From assembly GCA_963805975.1 (NCBI GenBank), contig CAWDVR010000001.1, positions 1,184,001 through 1,248,000 of the forward strand: 64,000 nucleotides of DNA, written 5' to 3'. The position numbers were made by a program, and so were the translations under genes. The notes beneath the pieces are model-generated. The model ran no database searches. It was not told the DNA's origin and saw only the letters and a list, made by a program, of their open reading frames with translations. Position 1 is the first letter of the stretch, and every line of letters starts with the position of its first letter. Below are positions 9,875 to 23,413 of this stretch, one piece after another. Source of the stretch: an uncultured Acidobacteriota bacterium (lineage in GTDB: Bacteria > Acidobacteriota > Thermoanaerobaculia > Multivoradales > SZUA-115).

Positions 9875-10395
9875 TGGCCGTGCTGCCGATCCGGATCTAC
9901 CCGGACCCCATTCTGCGCATTCGCTGCCGAGAGGTCGAGGCCTTCGACGCCGACCTCAAGCGTCTCGCCGAGGACATGGTGGAGACCATGCACGCGGCGC
10001 CGGGCATCGGCCTCGCGGCACCGCAGGTGGGAAGCGACCGCCGCCTGGCCGTGGTCGATCTCTCGGTGGGCAAGGAGCCGGACCAGGTGATCGTGCTGGT
10101 CAACCCGCAGATCGCCGGCCGCGAGGGCTCGTGGGTGGAGGAGGAGGGCTGCCTCTCGATCCCGGAGCTCACCGACAAGGTCGAACGCCCCGAGCGCGTC
10201 GAAGTGCGAGCCCGCGACCTTGGCGGCCAGCCGTTCGAGGTCGCCGCCGAAGGCTGGCTGGCGCGAGCCATCTGCCACGAGCTGGACCACCTCGACGGCG
10301 TGCTTTTCGTCGATCACCTGAGCGGATTGCGGCGCGAGCGGGCTCGCCGCGCTTTGAGACGCCTGAGCCGTGCCGCCGAGGACAACCATCCATGA
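9874..10395 (+). CDS. def: Peptide deformylase
   Basis: GIGLAAPQVG, EGCLS, HELDH. Confidence 0.97.
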   Translation: MAVLPIRIYPDPILRIRCREVEAFDADLKRLAEDMVETMHAAPGIGLAAPQVGSDRRLAVVDLSVGKEPDQVIVLVNPQIAGREGSWVEEEGCLSIPELTDKVERPERVEVRARDLGGQPFEVAAEGWLARAICHELDHLDGVLFVDHLSGLRRERARRALRRLSRAAEDNHP

Positions 10396-10955
10396 GCTAC
10401 CCGCGACTTGCCCTAGCCGTTCTCTCGAGCGCCCTGGTCCTGACTTTCGTCGCCGCCTGTGGCGGCGGAGGAGGCGGGGGCGGGGGTCCCACCGCCCCCC
10501 CCCCGCCACAGACCGGCATCACCTTCACGGCCAACGGGTCCACCGGGGCCAATACCGTGACCCTCGCGCAAGGAGGGGGCACCACCGGCACCACCTTGGT
10601 GCTCGAGGTGCGCGCCAACCAGGTCGCCGGCCTCTTCGGACTGGCTTTCGAGCTCACCTATCCCTCGTCGGTGCTCGCCTTCACCACCGCCACCGAGGGC
10701 ACGGTACTGTCGAACGGCGCCCCGACCTCTTTCCAGGCCCTCGAGTCCTCGCCCGGCAACCTGGTGGTGGGGCTGACCCGCCTGGGGACCGGCGCCGGCC
10801 TCGACGCCAACGGGGTGCTCCTCACCCTGACTTTCAGCGCCCCCGGCGCGGGCAACGGACCCTTCACCTTCCGCCGCAACCAGGGCGTCGGCACCGATGG
10901 CCTGGGCCTGATCGCGCTCGCCTGGGGCGGCGGCTCGGTGCAGGTGACTCGCTAG
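10392..10955 (+). CDS. Lipoprotein with Gly/Pro linker and cohesin-like beta-sandwich
   Basis: Lipobox VAAC, G9 + PTAPPPP linker, GLAFELTYPSSVL...LLTLTF cohesin-like pattern. Confidence 0.75.
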   Translation: MSYPRLALAVLSSALVLTFVAACGGGGGGGGGPTAPPPPQTGITFTANGSTGANTVTLAQGGGTTGTTLVLEVRANQVAGLFGLAFELTYPSSVLAFTTATEGTVLSNGAPTSFQALESSPGNLVVGLTRLGTGAGLDANGVLLTLTFSAPGAGNGPFTFRRNQGVGTDGLGLIALAWGGGSVQVTR

Positions 10956-10983
10956 GGCAGTGCGCGAGCACCCTGGTCAAGAG

Positions 10984-12405
10984 ATGGCAGAGCTGCGGTT
11001 CTTCAACACCCTGGGCCGGCGTCTCGAGCCCTTCCGGCCGCTCGACCCGGGCCGGGTCCGGATGTACACCTGCGGGCCGACGGTCTACAACGATCCCCAC
11101 ATCGGCAACCTCCGCACTTTCCTGTTCGAGGACGTGCTGCGCCGCAGCCTCTCCTACCTCGGCTTCGAGGTGGTGCAAGTGATGAACCTGACCGACGTCG
11201 ACGACAAGACGATCCGCGACGCGGCCAAGGCCGGACTGGCGCTGGACGACTACACGGCACCCTTCATCGAGGGTTTCTTCCGCGATCTCGAGCGGCTGCA
11301 CGTCGAGCCCGCGGACCACTACCCACGGGCCACGCACTACATCCCGGAGATGATCGCCATCATCGAGCGGCTGCTCGAGCGCGGCCATGCCTACCAGGCC
11401 GAGGACGGCTCGGTCTTCTTTCGCATCGCGACCGACGAGGACTACGGCCGACTGTCCGGCTTCGACCTCGCCGAGGTGAAGCGCGGCGAGCGGGTGGCGG
11501 CCGACGAGTACGACAAGGAAGACGTGCGCGACTTCGTGCTGTGGAAGGCGGTGAAGCCCGGGGAGCCGAGCTGGGAGTCGCCGTGGGGGCCCGGCCGGCC
11601 GGGCTGGCACATCGAGTGCTCGGCGATGAGCATGAAGCTCCTGGGGGAGAGCTTCGACATCCACTGCGGCGCGGTCGACAACATCTTTCCGCACCACGAG
11701 AACGAGATCGCGCAGAGCGAGTCGGCGACGGGCGTTCCGTTCTGCCATACCTGGCTGCACAGCGAGCACCTGGTCGTCGACGGCGAGAAGATGTCGAAGT
11801 CGCAGGGCAACTTCTTCATGCTCCACGATCTCGTCGCCCGCGGCGCAGCACCGCGGGCGATCCGCTACCTCTTCCTCTCGGTGCACTACCGGCAGAAGCT
11901 CAATTTCACGTTCCAGGCCCTCGAAGCCACGGCCGGGGCACTGCGCCGCATCGACGAGATGCGCTTCCGCGTCGGCCACGCCACCGAGAACGGGCCCCCG
12001 AGCGCCGAGCTGGCCGCTGCCACCACGGCTCTTGCGGAGGGCTTTGCCGCCGCCCTGGCCGACGACCTCAACCTCTCGCAGGGGCTGGGCGCCGTCTTTG
12101 CGCTGGTCAAGGAAGTGAACGTCCTGGTCGAGGCCGGCCGGCTGGGGGTGGGCGACCGCGAGCGGGTGGAGGCCGCGCTCGCCGCCGTCGACCGGGTTCT
12201 CGGCGTGCTCGATGCCGCGGCCTGGAACGCGGAGGCGGCCCAGCAGGGACCGGGCGACGACGAGGTGGAGCGCCGGATCGCCGAGCGGCAGGCGGCGCGC
12301 GCCGGGCGCGATTTCGCTGCCGCCGATCGCGTCCGCGACGAGCTCGCGGCCCAGGGCATCGTCCTCGAGGACACTCCCCAGGGCACCCGCTGGAAGCGCT
12401 CGTGA
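10984..12405 (+). CDS. cysS: Cysteinyl-tRNA synthetase
   Basis: YTCGPTVY, HIGN, GRPGWHIECS, FPHHENE, KMSKS. Confidence 0.98.
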   Translation: MAELRFFNTLGRRLEPFRPLDPGRVRMYTCGPTVYNDPHIGNLRTFLFEDVLRRSLSYLGFEVVQVMNLTDVDDKTIRDAAKAGLALDDYTAPFIEGFFRDLERLHVEPADHYPRATHYIPEMIAIIERLLERGHAYQAEDGSVFFRIATDEDYGRLSGFDLAEVKRGERVAADEYDKEDVRDFVLWKAVKPGEPSWESPWGPGRPGWHIECSAMSMKLLGESFDIHCGAVDNIFPHHENEIAQSESATGVPFCHTWLHSEHLVVDGEKMSKSQGNFFMLHDLVARGAAPRAIRYLFLSVHYRQKLNFTFQALEATAGALRRIDEMRFRVGHATENGPPSAELAAATTALAEGFAAALADDLNLSQGLGAVFALVKEVNVLVEAGRLGVGDRERVEAALAAVDRVLGVLDAAAWNAEAAQQGPGDDEVERRIAERQAARAGRDFAAADRVRDELAAQGIVLEDTPQGTRWKRS

Positions 12406-12800
12406 GGAGCCCACCGCCATCCGGCGGTGCCCTCTTCGAGGAGCAGCTCCACAACCGAGGCCGGGGCCGTGCCGCCGAGGAGGAGGCAGCCGCCTGGCTC
12501 GAGAGCCAGGGCTACCGCATCGAGGCTCGGAACGTGGTCAACGCCGGGGGCGAGATCGACGTCGTGGCTCGGGACGGAGAGACGCTCTGCTTCATCGAGG
12601 TCAAGGCCCGGACCTCGACTACCTATGGTGACGCCATCGCCGCCGTCGACAGCCGAAAGCAACGACGCCTAGCCCGTGCCGCCGCCCTCCATCTCGCCCT
12701 CCACGGGCTGGCGAGCCCTTGCCGTTTCGACGTCCTGGGCATGGATCGACGAGATGGCACCTGGTTATTTACGCTAGTTCGCAACGCTTTTGATATCTAG
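12402..12800 (+). CDS. yraN: YraN (UPF0102) family nuclease-like protein
   Basis: GEIDVVA, FIEVKAR, RFDV; GTGA overlap with cysS. Confidence 0.9.
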   Translation: MRSPPPSGGALFEEQLHNRGRGRAAEEEAAAWLESQGYRIEARNVVNAGGEIDVVARDGETLCFIEVKARTSTTYGDAIAAVDSRKQRRLARAAALHLALHGLASPCRFDVLGMDRRDGTWLFTLVRNAFDI

Positions 12801-12887
12801 CTGGCATCGGCACCTCAGAGCACTCAACCGGAGTAGAATCGGGAACGTATTGGAAGTAAGCCGGAACGACAAAGACCGGAGGCACCT

Positions 12888-13742
12888 ATGGTCCGGCGTA
12901 CCCTGGCTCCCTGTCTCGCAGTGATGGGCCTCCTACTGCTTGCGCCGGCCACGCCTGCTGTCGCTGCGCCCGGCATTCTCGATGCCACCGTCAACGGTCC
13001 CGTCTTCTCGGCGCGTGTCAGTCTTCTGGGTCTCATCGAGGCGGAGCTCACCATCGCTTTCGAGCAGGTCCAGAATCTCTCGGTTCCCTCACTCGGCGTT
13101 TCCGCCCAGCTCATCAATCCGCTCGATCCCTTCTTCCTCGCCCGCCTCCCGGCGGGTGGCCTGGTGGGGATCCCGCTGGCCTTGCCGGTGCTGATCAAGG
13201 TCATGCCTCCGGCGGGTGGCGGCCTCGAGTTCACCGGTGTCGCCACGCTGTCGCTCCACACCCACATCCTGAACTTCTCACCGACCTTGCCGCTACGCAT
13301 CTTCTCCGCGCCACCCGGAGGCCACTTCACCGAGGTCACGGACAGCGCCGGACCCGGTAGCCTCCGGCTCGGCAACCGGGACCCGGAATACGGCCGTGAG
13401 TACGCGGTGCTGGTGGACAACCGGCCCCAGCAGTCTGTGGCCGCGAGCAAGCTGGTCTCGCTCGAGACGACGTTCGCCCAGGCTGCGAGCGCGATCCCCG
13501 GTCCCATCGAGGCCGACCTCGCCAGCCGACTGGCCGCCATCCGCACCGCCTACGTGGACGGGGACATCGCCCAGGCAATCGAGGAGACCGAGTCCTTCAG
13601 CGCCGCCGTGGTAGAGGCGAGCGGCACCGCGATCCCCAACCGCTGGCGGGCGTCGGGGGACCTCACCAACCATGCCGGCAGGCTCCGTGCCGGCGCCGCT
13701 ACGCTCCGCTTCAGCCTCCTCGGTCTTCCCGGCGCTCCCTGA
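12888..13742 (+). CDS. Secreted protein, DUF6689-like
   Basis: GGAGG RBS, Sec signal peptide; SLGVSAQL..LLARLP, HTH..F..P.GG.F..VT...PGS.R, WRA..D..N.AG.L.AGAATL.FS recalled as DUF6689-like. Confidence 0.7.
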   Translation: MVRRTLAPCLAVMGLLLLAPATPAVAAPGILDATVNGPVFSARVSLLGLIEAELTIAFEQVQNLSVPSLGVSAQLINPLDPFFLARLPAGGLVGIPLALPVLIKVMPPAGGGLEFTGVATLSLHTHILNFSPTLPLRIFSAPPGGHFTEVTDSAGPGSLRLGNRDPEYGREYAVLVDNRPQQSVAASKLVSLETTFAQAASAIPGPIEADLASRLAAIRTAYVDGDIAQAIEETESFSAAVVEASGTAIPNRWRASGDLTNHAGRLRAGAATLRFSLLGLPGAP

Positions 13743-13758
13743 ACGGAGCTGGAGCCAC

Positions 13759-14810
13759 GTGCCGGCACGACTCGACGTCTACTTCTCCGACCTGCCGATC
13801 CGCAGATTCGGCCTCGAGGAAGGGCGCGAATACCTGCTCGGCCGCGATGCCGGCTGCGACCTGACGGTCAACGATCCGCGGATCTCCCGCCGCCATGCCC
13901 GCCTGGTGCCGGCCGGCAGTAGCTGGCGGCTGGTCGACCTGGGGAGCAAGAACGGCACCTGGATCGATGGCCAGCCCGCAGCCGAGACCGGTGACCTGCC
14001 GGCCGCCGCCTGGTTGAGCCTCGGCGGCATGCCGGCCCGGTTCGAGAGCGTGAGCGAAGACCTGCGCCGCGCCGATGCTCTCCGCGACCGGCAGCGCTGG
14101 CAGACCTCGCTCGAGATCGCGCGGCGCATCGATCCCAGGACCGGGCTCGACAGCCTGCTCGGCGAGATCCTCGGCTCGGTGCGAGAGGTCTCGGGGTGCG
14201 AGCGGAGCTTCGTGATGCTCAGCCGTACGGACGGCGACCTGGAGGTCGCGGCCAGCGCCGGGCTGCCGGACGGCGAGCTCTCCTCGCCGGGGTTCGCCGG
14301 CAGCCTGTCGGCGCTCGAGCGCACGCTCGCCACGGGACGGCCGGTGACCGTGGTCGACGCCCGCGTGGACGCCCTCCTCGCCAGCCGCCCGAGCATCGTC
14401 CAGGGCGGCATCGCCGGCCTGGTCTGCCTGCCGCTGCAGGTGCTCGACCGGTTGATCGGTGTCATCTACGCCGACAGCCGGCGGCCGGGCAGCGGCTTCA
14501 CCGAGCTCGACGTGGAGATTCTCTCCGCGCTCGCCTCCCATGCGGCGCTCGCCATCGCCGTGGTGCGGCTGGCCCGCGAGGTGGACGCGGTGCGGGCCGC
14601 CTTGCCGTTCTCCCCTGCGGGCCCGGCCTCGGGTGGAGAGGCCCTGTCCGCGGCCTGGGATCGCTCCCTGCCGGCGTACAGGCCACCGGTCAGCGCCTCT
14701 CCCCGGGCCGGCTCGCAAGCCGGCTCCCTGACGAGTGCCCACGGCGCCTCCACACGCCAGACCTGGACCGGCATCCGAGCCGCGGCCGCGAGCCGCCTCG
14801 AGGTGGGGCC

Positions 14811-14814
<4 letters not shown>
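13759..14814 (+). CDS. FHA + GAF domain protein without output domain
   Basis: LGR..CD..ISRRHA..DLGSKNGT (FHA); SIV..GI..LVCLPL...IGVIYAD..F..LD (GAF). Confidence 0.9.
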
Positions 14815-18201
<3,387 letters not shown>

Positions 18202-18212
<11 letters not shown>

Positions 18213-19008
18213 GCCGGGCACAGCTTCCCTGGAAGCTCCCCAGGGCACCGATCTCCTCGAGCGGCTGGCCGTCCTGCGCCGCGAGCACGAGCAGCTCTTC
18301 GCCCAGCTCACGGCCAGCGAGCGCCGCTTCCGCGGTCTGGCCAAGGCGGTGTGGAAGGTGCAGGAGGAAGAGCGCCGGCGGCTCGCCCGCGAGCTGCACG
18401 ACGATCTCGGACAGACGCTCACCGCACTCAAGATCCATCTCGACCTGCTGCACGGCCGGGTGCAGCTCGAATCCTCCTCGGCCGGTCCCTCGGCCGGAGG
18501 CGCGGGGCTCGCCGGCGGTCTGGGCGACGCCATCGCTCTCGCCGCCGATGCCCTGGACACCACGCGCCGCCTCTCGCACCTGCTGCGGCCCCGGGTGCTC
18601 GACGACCTCGGCCTGGCCGCGGCCCTCGAATGGCTCTCGCGGAGCCTGGGCGAGTGGACCGGCTTCACCGTCGAGCTCGTGCACTCCGGTCTCACGCCCC
18701 GGCTGGCGGCCGACCTCGAGACGCTCGCCTATCGCATCGTGCAAGAGGGCCTGAACAACGCCCTCAAGCACTCGGGCGCCGCCGGGGCCCGCGTCTCGGC
18801 GGCAGCGAGCGACGGGCGGCTGCGGCTGTCGGTCCGCGACGAGGGCCGCGGGTTCGACCTCGCGGCGGAGTCGTCCCACGCCGGTATCGGGTTGGCCAGC
18901 CTGCGCGAGCGGGCGGCCCTCTTCCACGGCCATCTGCGCGTCGTCTCGGCACCCGGCGCCGGCGTGACCCTCGAGGCCGAGATCCCCCTCTCGGCCGGAG
19001 ACGCCTGA
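18202..19008 (+). CDS. Cytoplasmic HisKA_3 histidine kinase without sensor domain
   Basis: EERRRLARELHDDLGQ, QEGLNNALKHS, DEGRGF, GIGL; no TM, only a short N-terminal coiled coil. Confidence 0.92.
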
Positions 19009-19652
19009 TGGCCCCGATCCGGGTACTGGTGGCCGACGACCACCGGATCGTGCGCGAGGGCCTGGTCAGCGTGCTCACGGCGAGCGGCGAATGCGAGGTC
19101 GTGGCCCAGGCGGCGGACGGCATCGAGGCCGTGGAGCTCACCTTCGCCACCTGTCCGCAGGTGGCCGTGCTCGACCTGTCGATGCCACGCCTCGGTGGCC
19201 TGGAGGCGGCGCGGCGCATCCACGCCGAGCTCCCTCTGACCCGCATCCTGGTGCTGACCGTGCACGGCGAGGAGGAGTACGTGGTGCCGGTGGTGCAGGC
19301 CGGCGCCTCCGGCTACCTGGTCAAGGACGCGGCGGCCACCGAGCTGCTGGCGGCGGTGCGGGCGCTGGCCGCCGGCCGCGGCTACTTCGGGCCGCAGGCG
19401 GCGAGCGCTCTCGCCGAGCACTCGCGCCACCCGGAGCGCACGACGGGCGACCCCTACCTGTCGCTCACCCCGCGCGAGCGCGAGGTTTTCCACTTGGTGG
19501 CCGAGGGCCGTACCACCAAGGAGATCGCCAAGGCCTTGAGCACCAGCGTCAAGACCGCCGAGAACCATCGCACCCGGCTGATGGAGAAGCTGGGCGTGCA
19601 CAACGCGGCCGAGCTGGTGCGCTACGCCGCCCGCAAAGGACTCCTCGGCTGA
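19008..19652 (+). CDS. NarL/LuxR family response regulator
   Basis: ADDH, LDLSMP, GYLVK, LTPREREV..G...KEIA..L..S.KT HTH; TGATG overlap. Confidence 0.95.
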   Translation: MAPIRVLVADDHRIVREGLVSVLTASGECEVVAQAADGIEAVELTFATCPQVAVLDLSMPRLGGLEAARRIHAELPLTRILVLTVHGEEEYVVPVVQAGASGYLVKDAAATELLAAVRALAAGRGYFGPQAASALAEHSRHPERTTGDPYLSLTPREREVFHLVAEGRTTKEIAKALSTSVKTAENHRTRLMEKLGVHNAAELVRYAARKGLLG

Positions 19653-19810
19653 GGAGAGTCCCCCGGCGGCCCTGAGGTCTTTCCCGGATCGATCTCCTCC
19701 GCTCTCCAGCCTAAGCTCGCCGGCAGCCGACTCAAGCTACTCGAGCGATACCTGCTGCGGCGCATCAACGGCGCTAAGGCGGCTGGGGTTGGGAAGTCCG
19801 CCGTTTCACT

Positions 19811-19841
19811 ACCCGCGGGTGGCGAACCCGCGGGCCTTTTT
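19811..19841 (+). terminator. Hairpin + T-tract downstream of signalling cassette
   Basis: CCCGCGGGT-ggcga-ACCCGCGGG followed by CCTTTTT. Confidence 0.55.
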
Positions 19842-19899
19842 CCTCTCGAGAGCCGGAGTTTTCCCTCCCCACAGGCCACGCGGAGCGAGGCCTTTCGGC

Positions 19900-19928
19900 T
19901 TGACAGCTCTGGGGCGCCTGACTATCCT
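19900..19928 (+). promoter_or_regulatory. Sigma-70 promoter of tRNA cluster
   Basis: TTGACA-17 nt-TATCCT. Confidence 0.8.
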
Positions 19929-19965
19929 TACGCCTCTCCTGCGCGCCCGTCGCCCAGGGGTCCAA

Positions 19966-20040
<75 letters not shown>

Positions 20041-20119
20041 AAGTCAACTCCATCCGCCCCTCGTGACCGTCCTTCCGGCCGGATCGCGAGGGGCTTTGTG
20101 TTAGCATTTCGCGCGTCTC

Positions 20120-20194
20120 GGCGACGTGGCCAAGTGGTAAGGCAAGGGTCTGCAAAACCCTCATTCGGCGGTTCGAATCCGCCCGTCGCCTCCA
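20120..20194 (+). tRNA. tRNA-Cys(GCA)
   Basis: Cloverleaf, anticodon loop CTGCAAA, encoded CCA. Confidence 0.97.
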
Positions 20195-20264
20195 ACTTTC
20201 TTCCTATCTCCAACGTTCACTGCGCTGCGGCTCCGCGCCGCCCAAGCGCTAGAATTGCCGCCTG

Positions 20265-20349
20265 GCCGGAGTGGCGGAACGGTAGACGCAGGGGACTTAA
20301 AATCCCCCGCCCTCGAGGCGTGCGGGTTCGAGTCCCGCCTCCGGTACCA
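20265..20349 (+). tRNA. tRNA-Leu(TAA)
   Basis: Cloverleaf with long variable arm, loop CTTAAAA, encoded CCA. Confidence 0.97.
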
Positions 20350-20409
20350 GCGACGCTTGCCGTCCCCTCTCGGGTGGATGACAATGCAGCTCTTTGCTTC
20401 GTGGTCGCG

Positions 20410-21774
20410 ATGATGCTCGACACCCTTCCTCAACCCAAGAGCCTGCCGCACAGCGAAGAGTCCGAGCGCGCGGTGCTCGCCGGCGTGCTGCTCGATCCCC
20501 GCCTCCTGCCGACGATCTCCGGCCGTCTGTTGCCGGGAGACTTCTACTTCGAGAAGCACCAGCTCCTCTACCAGGCGATGCTCGACCTGCAGGAGGACCG
20601 CACCGCCATCGACCTGCGTACTCTCCAGGCGCTGCTCGAGCAGCGGGGCATCCTGGCCGCGGTGGGCGGTGTCGCCTACGTGGCCGGTCTCGACGTCGAC
20701 CTGCCGGACCTGGGACGCATCGACGCCTACGCCGAGATCGTCAAGGAGCGCTCGGTCCGCCGGCGGCTGATCCAGGCCTCGGGCGAGATCATCCGCGACT
20801 GCCTGGACGGCGGGCTCGAGGCCCAGGCCGCTCTCGGCCGCGCCGAGCAGGCCATCCTCGGGCTGGGCGAGGAGGCGATCCAGCGTGGCTTCGCCGCCTT
20901 CTCCGGCATCGTCGATGAGATCCTGGAGCACCTCGAGGAGAACCCGGGCACGGGCATCCTCGGCGTGCCGAGCGGCTTCATCGACTTCGACCGCATGACC
21001 CACGGCCTGAACAAGGGCAACCTGATCATCATCGCCGGCCGGCCCGGCATGGGGAAGACCAGCTTCGCGCTGAACATCGCCCAGCACGTGGCGATCCAGA
21101 AGCAGCGGCCGGTGGGCATCTTCTCGCTGGAGATGAGCCGCCAGGAGCTGGCGCTGCGCATCCTGTGCTCGGAGTCGGACGTGGCCTTCAGCCGCCTGCG
21201 CGCCGGCAACCTTCCGGGCTCGCTGTGGAGCCAGGTGATGAAGAAGGCGCACTCGATCGCCCACGCGCCGCTCCACATCGACGACTCGCCCTCGCCGACG
21301 CTGCTCGAGATCGGCTCGCGGGCCCGCCGTCTCAAGGCCGAGCACGGCCTCGACCTGGTCGTGGTGGACTACCTGCAGCTCATGCAGGCCGGGGGCCGAT
21401 ACGAGAACCGCAACCTCGAGGTGTCGGCGATCAGCCGCGGCCTCAAGCAGCTCGCCAAGGAGCTCGACCTGCCGGTGATCGCCCTTTCCCAGCTCTCCCG
21501 CCAGCCGGAGCGGCGGGGCAGCGACCACCGCCCGCAGCTCGCCGACCTGCGCGAGAGCGGCTCGATCGAGCAGGACGCCGACCTGGTGGCCTTCATCTAC
21601 CGCGACGAGGTCTACAACCGCGACGACCCGGAGAACCAGGGCCTGGCCGAGCTGATCATCGCCAAGCACCGGAACGGCGAGATCGGCACGGTGGACCTAG
21701 TCTTCCTGGGGCAGACCACCAGCTTCAAGAACCGCGAGCGCCACGGCGGCCCGCCCGCCGGAACGCCGTTCTAG
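20410..21774 (+). CDS. dnaB: Replicative DNA helicase
   Basis: PHSEESE, GRPGMGKT, FSLEM, VVDYLQL, LSQLSR, DLRESGSIEQDAD, KHRNG. Confidence 0.97.
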   Translation: MMLDTLPQPKSLPHSEESERAVLAGVLLDPRLLPTISGRLLPGDFYFEKHQLLYQAMLDLQEDRTAIDLRTLQALLEQRGILAAVGGVAYVAGLDVDLPDLGRIDAYAEIVKERSVRRRLIQASGEIIRDCLDGGLEAQAALGRAEQAILGLGEEAIQRGFAAFSGIVDEILEHLEENPGTGILGVPSGFIDFDRMTHGLNKGNLIIIAGRPGMGKTSFALNIAQHVAIQKQRPVGIFSLEMSRQELALRILCSESDVAFSRLRAGNLPGSLWSQVMKKAHSIAHAPLHIDDSPSPTLLEIGSRARRLKAEHGLDLVVVDYLQLMQAGGRYENRNLEVSAISRGLKQLAKELDLPVIALSQLSRQPERRGSDHRPQLADLRESGSIEQDADLVAFIYRDEVYNRDDPENQGLAELIIAKHRNGEIGTVDLVFLGQTTSFKNRERHGGPPAGTPF

Positions 21775-21801
21775 CGACCGGCGTTCTAAGATCCCCGCCC
21801 G

Positions 21802-22599
21802 ATGGCGAACCGGCTCGCAACCGCGACCCCAGCGCAAGTCCCGGCCACCGGCCTCCCGTTGGTGGCGTCCTTCTTCGCGGAGATGGGGCGGTTCTTCACC
21901 CTGCTCTGGCGCGTCCTCGCCTGGACGCCGCGCCGGCCGTGGGACGTGCGGGAGCTGCTGAAGCAGATCGTCAAGGTGGGCATCCAGTCGCTGCCGGTGC
22001 TGCTCCTCACCTCGACCTTCACCGGCATGGTGATGTCGCTCCAGATCTTCAACGTCCTGGAGCGCTTCGGGGCCGAGGCGTACGTGGGCTCGATCGTCGG
22101 CCTGGCGATGGTGCGCGAGCTCTCCTGCGTGCTGGGTGGCCTGATCGTCGCCGGCCGCTGCGGCTCGGCGATGGCCGCCGAGCTCGGCACCATGCGGGTC
22201 ACCGAACAGATCGACGCGCTGGAGGTGATGGCGACCGACCCCGTGCACTACCTGATGGTGCCGCGGGTGTGGGCCACGGTCATCACGCTGCCGATGCTGA
22301 TCCTGCTGGGCGACCTGGTGGGCATCTGGGGCGGCTATCTGATCTCGGTGGTGCTGATGGGCGCCAACCCGGTGAGCTACATCGAGAACACCTTCCGCTA
22401 CATGGATCTGAACGACCTCTTCTCGGGCCTCATCAAGGCCGCGGTGTTCGGACTGCTGATCGCGGTCATCGGCTGCCAGAAGGGCTTTTTCACCTCCGGC
22501 GGGGCGGAGGGCGTGGGGCGCGCCACCACCGCCGCCGTGGTCCTCGCCTCGATGGCCATCCTGATCTCGGACTTCTTCCTCACCAAGCTGTTGTTCTAG
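21802..22599 (+). CDS. mlaE: MlaE family ABC permease
   Basis: AGRCGSAMAAELGTMRVTEQIDAL, GGAEGVGRATT. Confidence 0.95.
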   Translation: MANRLATATPAQVPATGLPLVASFFAEMGRFFTLLWRVLAWTPRRPWDVRELLKQIVKVGIQSLPVLLLTSTFTGMVMSLQIFNVLERFGAEAYVGSIVGLAMVRELSCVLGGLIVAGRCGSAMAAELGTMRVTEQIDALEVMATDPVHYLMVPRVWATVITLPMLILLGDLVGIWGGYLISVVLMGANPVSYIENTFRYMDLNDLFSGLIKAAVFGLLIAVIGCQKGFFTSGGAEGVGRATTAAVVLASMAILISDFFLTKLLF

Positions 22600-22604
22600 C
22601 CGCC

Positions 22605-23411
22605 ATGCCAGAGACCACAACCGCCCAGCCCCAGATCCGCCTCGAGGGGATCGCCAAGGCGTTCGGCCCCAAGGTGGTGCTCGACGGGCTCGAGCTCGAC
22701 ATCGAGCGCGGCGAGTCCGTGGTGCTGATCGGCGGCTCGGGCAGCGGCAAGAGCGTGCTCCTCAAGCACATCATCGGCCTCCTGAAGCCGGACCGCGGCA
22801 CGGTGTGGATCGACGGCGTGGACATCAACAGCCTCGGCTACCGCGAGATCACGGGGTTCCGGCGGCGCTTCGGCATGGCCTTCCAGGAGGGCGCGCTCTT
22901 CGACTCGATGACCGTCGCGGCCAATGTCGGCTTTGCTCTCCGCCGTCACTCGGAGATGTCGCGCGCCGAGATCGCCCAGCGGGTGGAGGAGTGCCTGACG
23001 CTGGTCCACCTCACCGGGGTCGGGGATAAGATGCCGTCGCAGCTCTCGGGCGGTATGCGCCGCCGCGTCGGCTTTGCCCGAGCCATCGCGCTCGAACCGC
23101 AGATCCTGCTCTTCGACGAGCCGACCACCGGCCTCGACCCGATCACCACCGCGCAGATCGACGAGGTGATCATCGAGGTCCGGGAGCGGCTCCACTCGAC
23201 CACCGTCTCCATCACCCACGACATGACGAGCGCCTTCCGCATCGCCGACCGGGTCGGTCTGCTGCACCAGGGGAAGATCGTCGCCATCGCGCCGCCGGAA
23301 GAGTTCAAGCGGCTAGCCGACCCGCGCGTCCAGCAGTTCATCCATGGCCAGGCGGAGGGCCCGCTCACCGACGAGAGCGAGCCCCGCGGCAAGGATCGAG
23401 AGGAGCTCTAA
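22605..23411 (+). CDS. mlaF: MlaF family ABC ATPase
   Basis: GGSGSGKS, FQEGALFDSMTV, LSGGM, DEPTTGLDP. Confidence 0.93.
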   Translation: MPETTTAQPQIRLEGIAKAFGPKVVLDGLELDIERGESVVLIGGSGSGKSVLLKHIIGLLKPDRGTVWIDGVDINSLGYREITGFRRRFGMAFQEGALFDSMTVAANVGFALRRHSEMSRAEIAQRVEECLTLVHLTGVGDKMPSQLSGGMRRRVGFARAIALEPQILLFDEPTTGLDPITTAQIDEVIIEVRERLHSTTVSITHDMTSAFRIADRVGLLHQGKIVAIAPPEEFKRLADPRVQQFIHGQAEGPLTDESEPRGKDREEL

Positions 23412-23413
23412 CG

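Noticed and set aside
10461-10510. G/C homopolymer runs as a phase-variation tract
   Set aside because: They encode an in-frame Gly/Pro linker after the lipobox and the frame is intact
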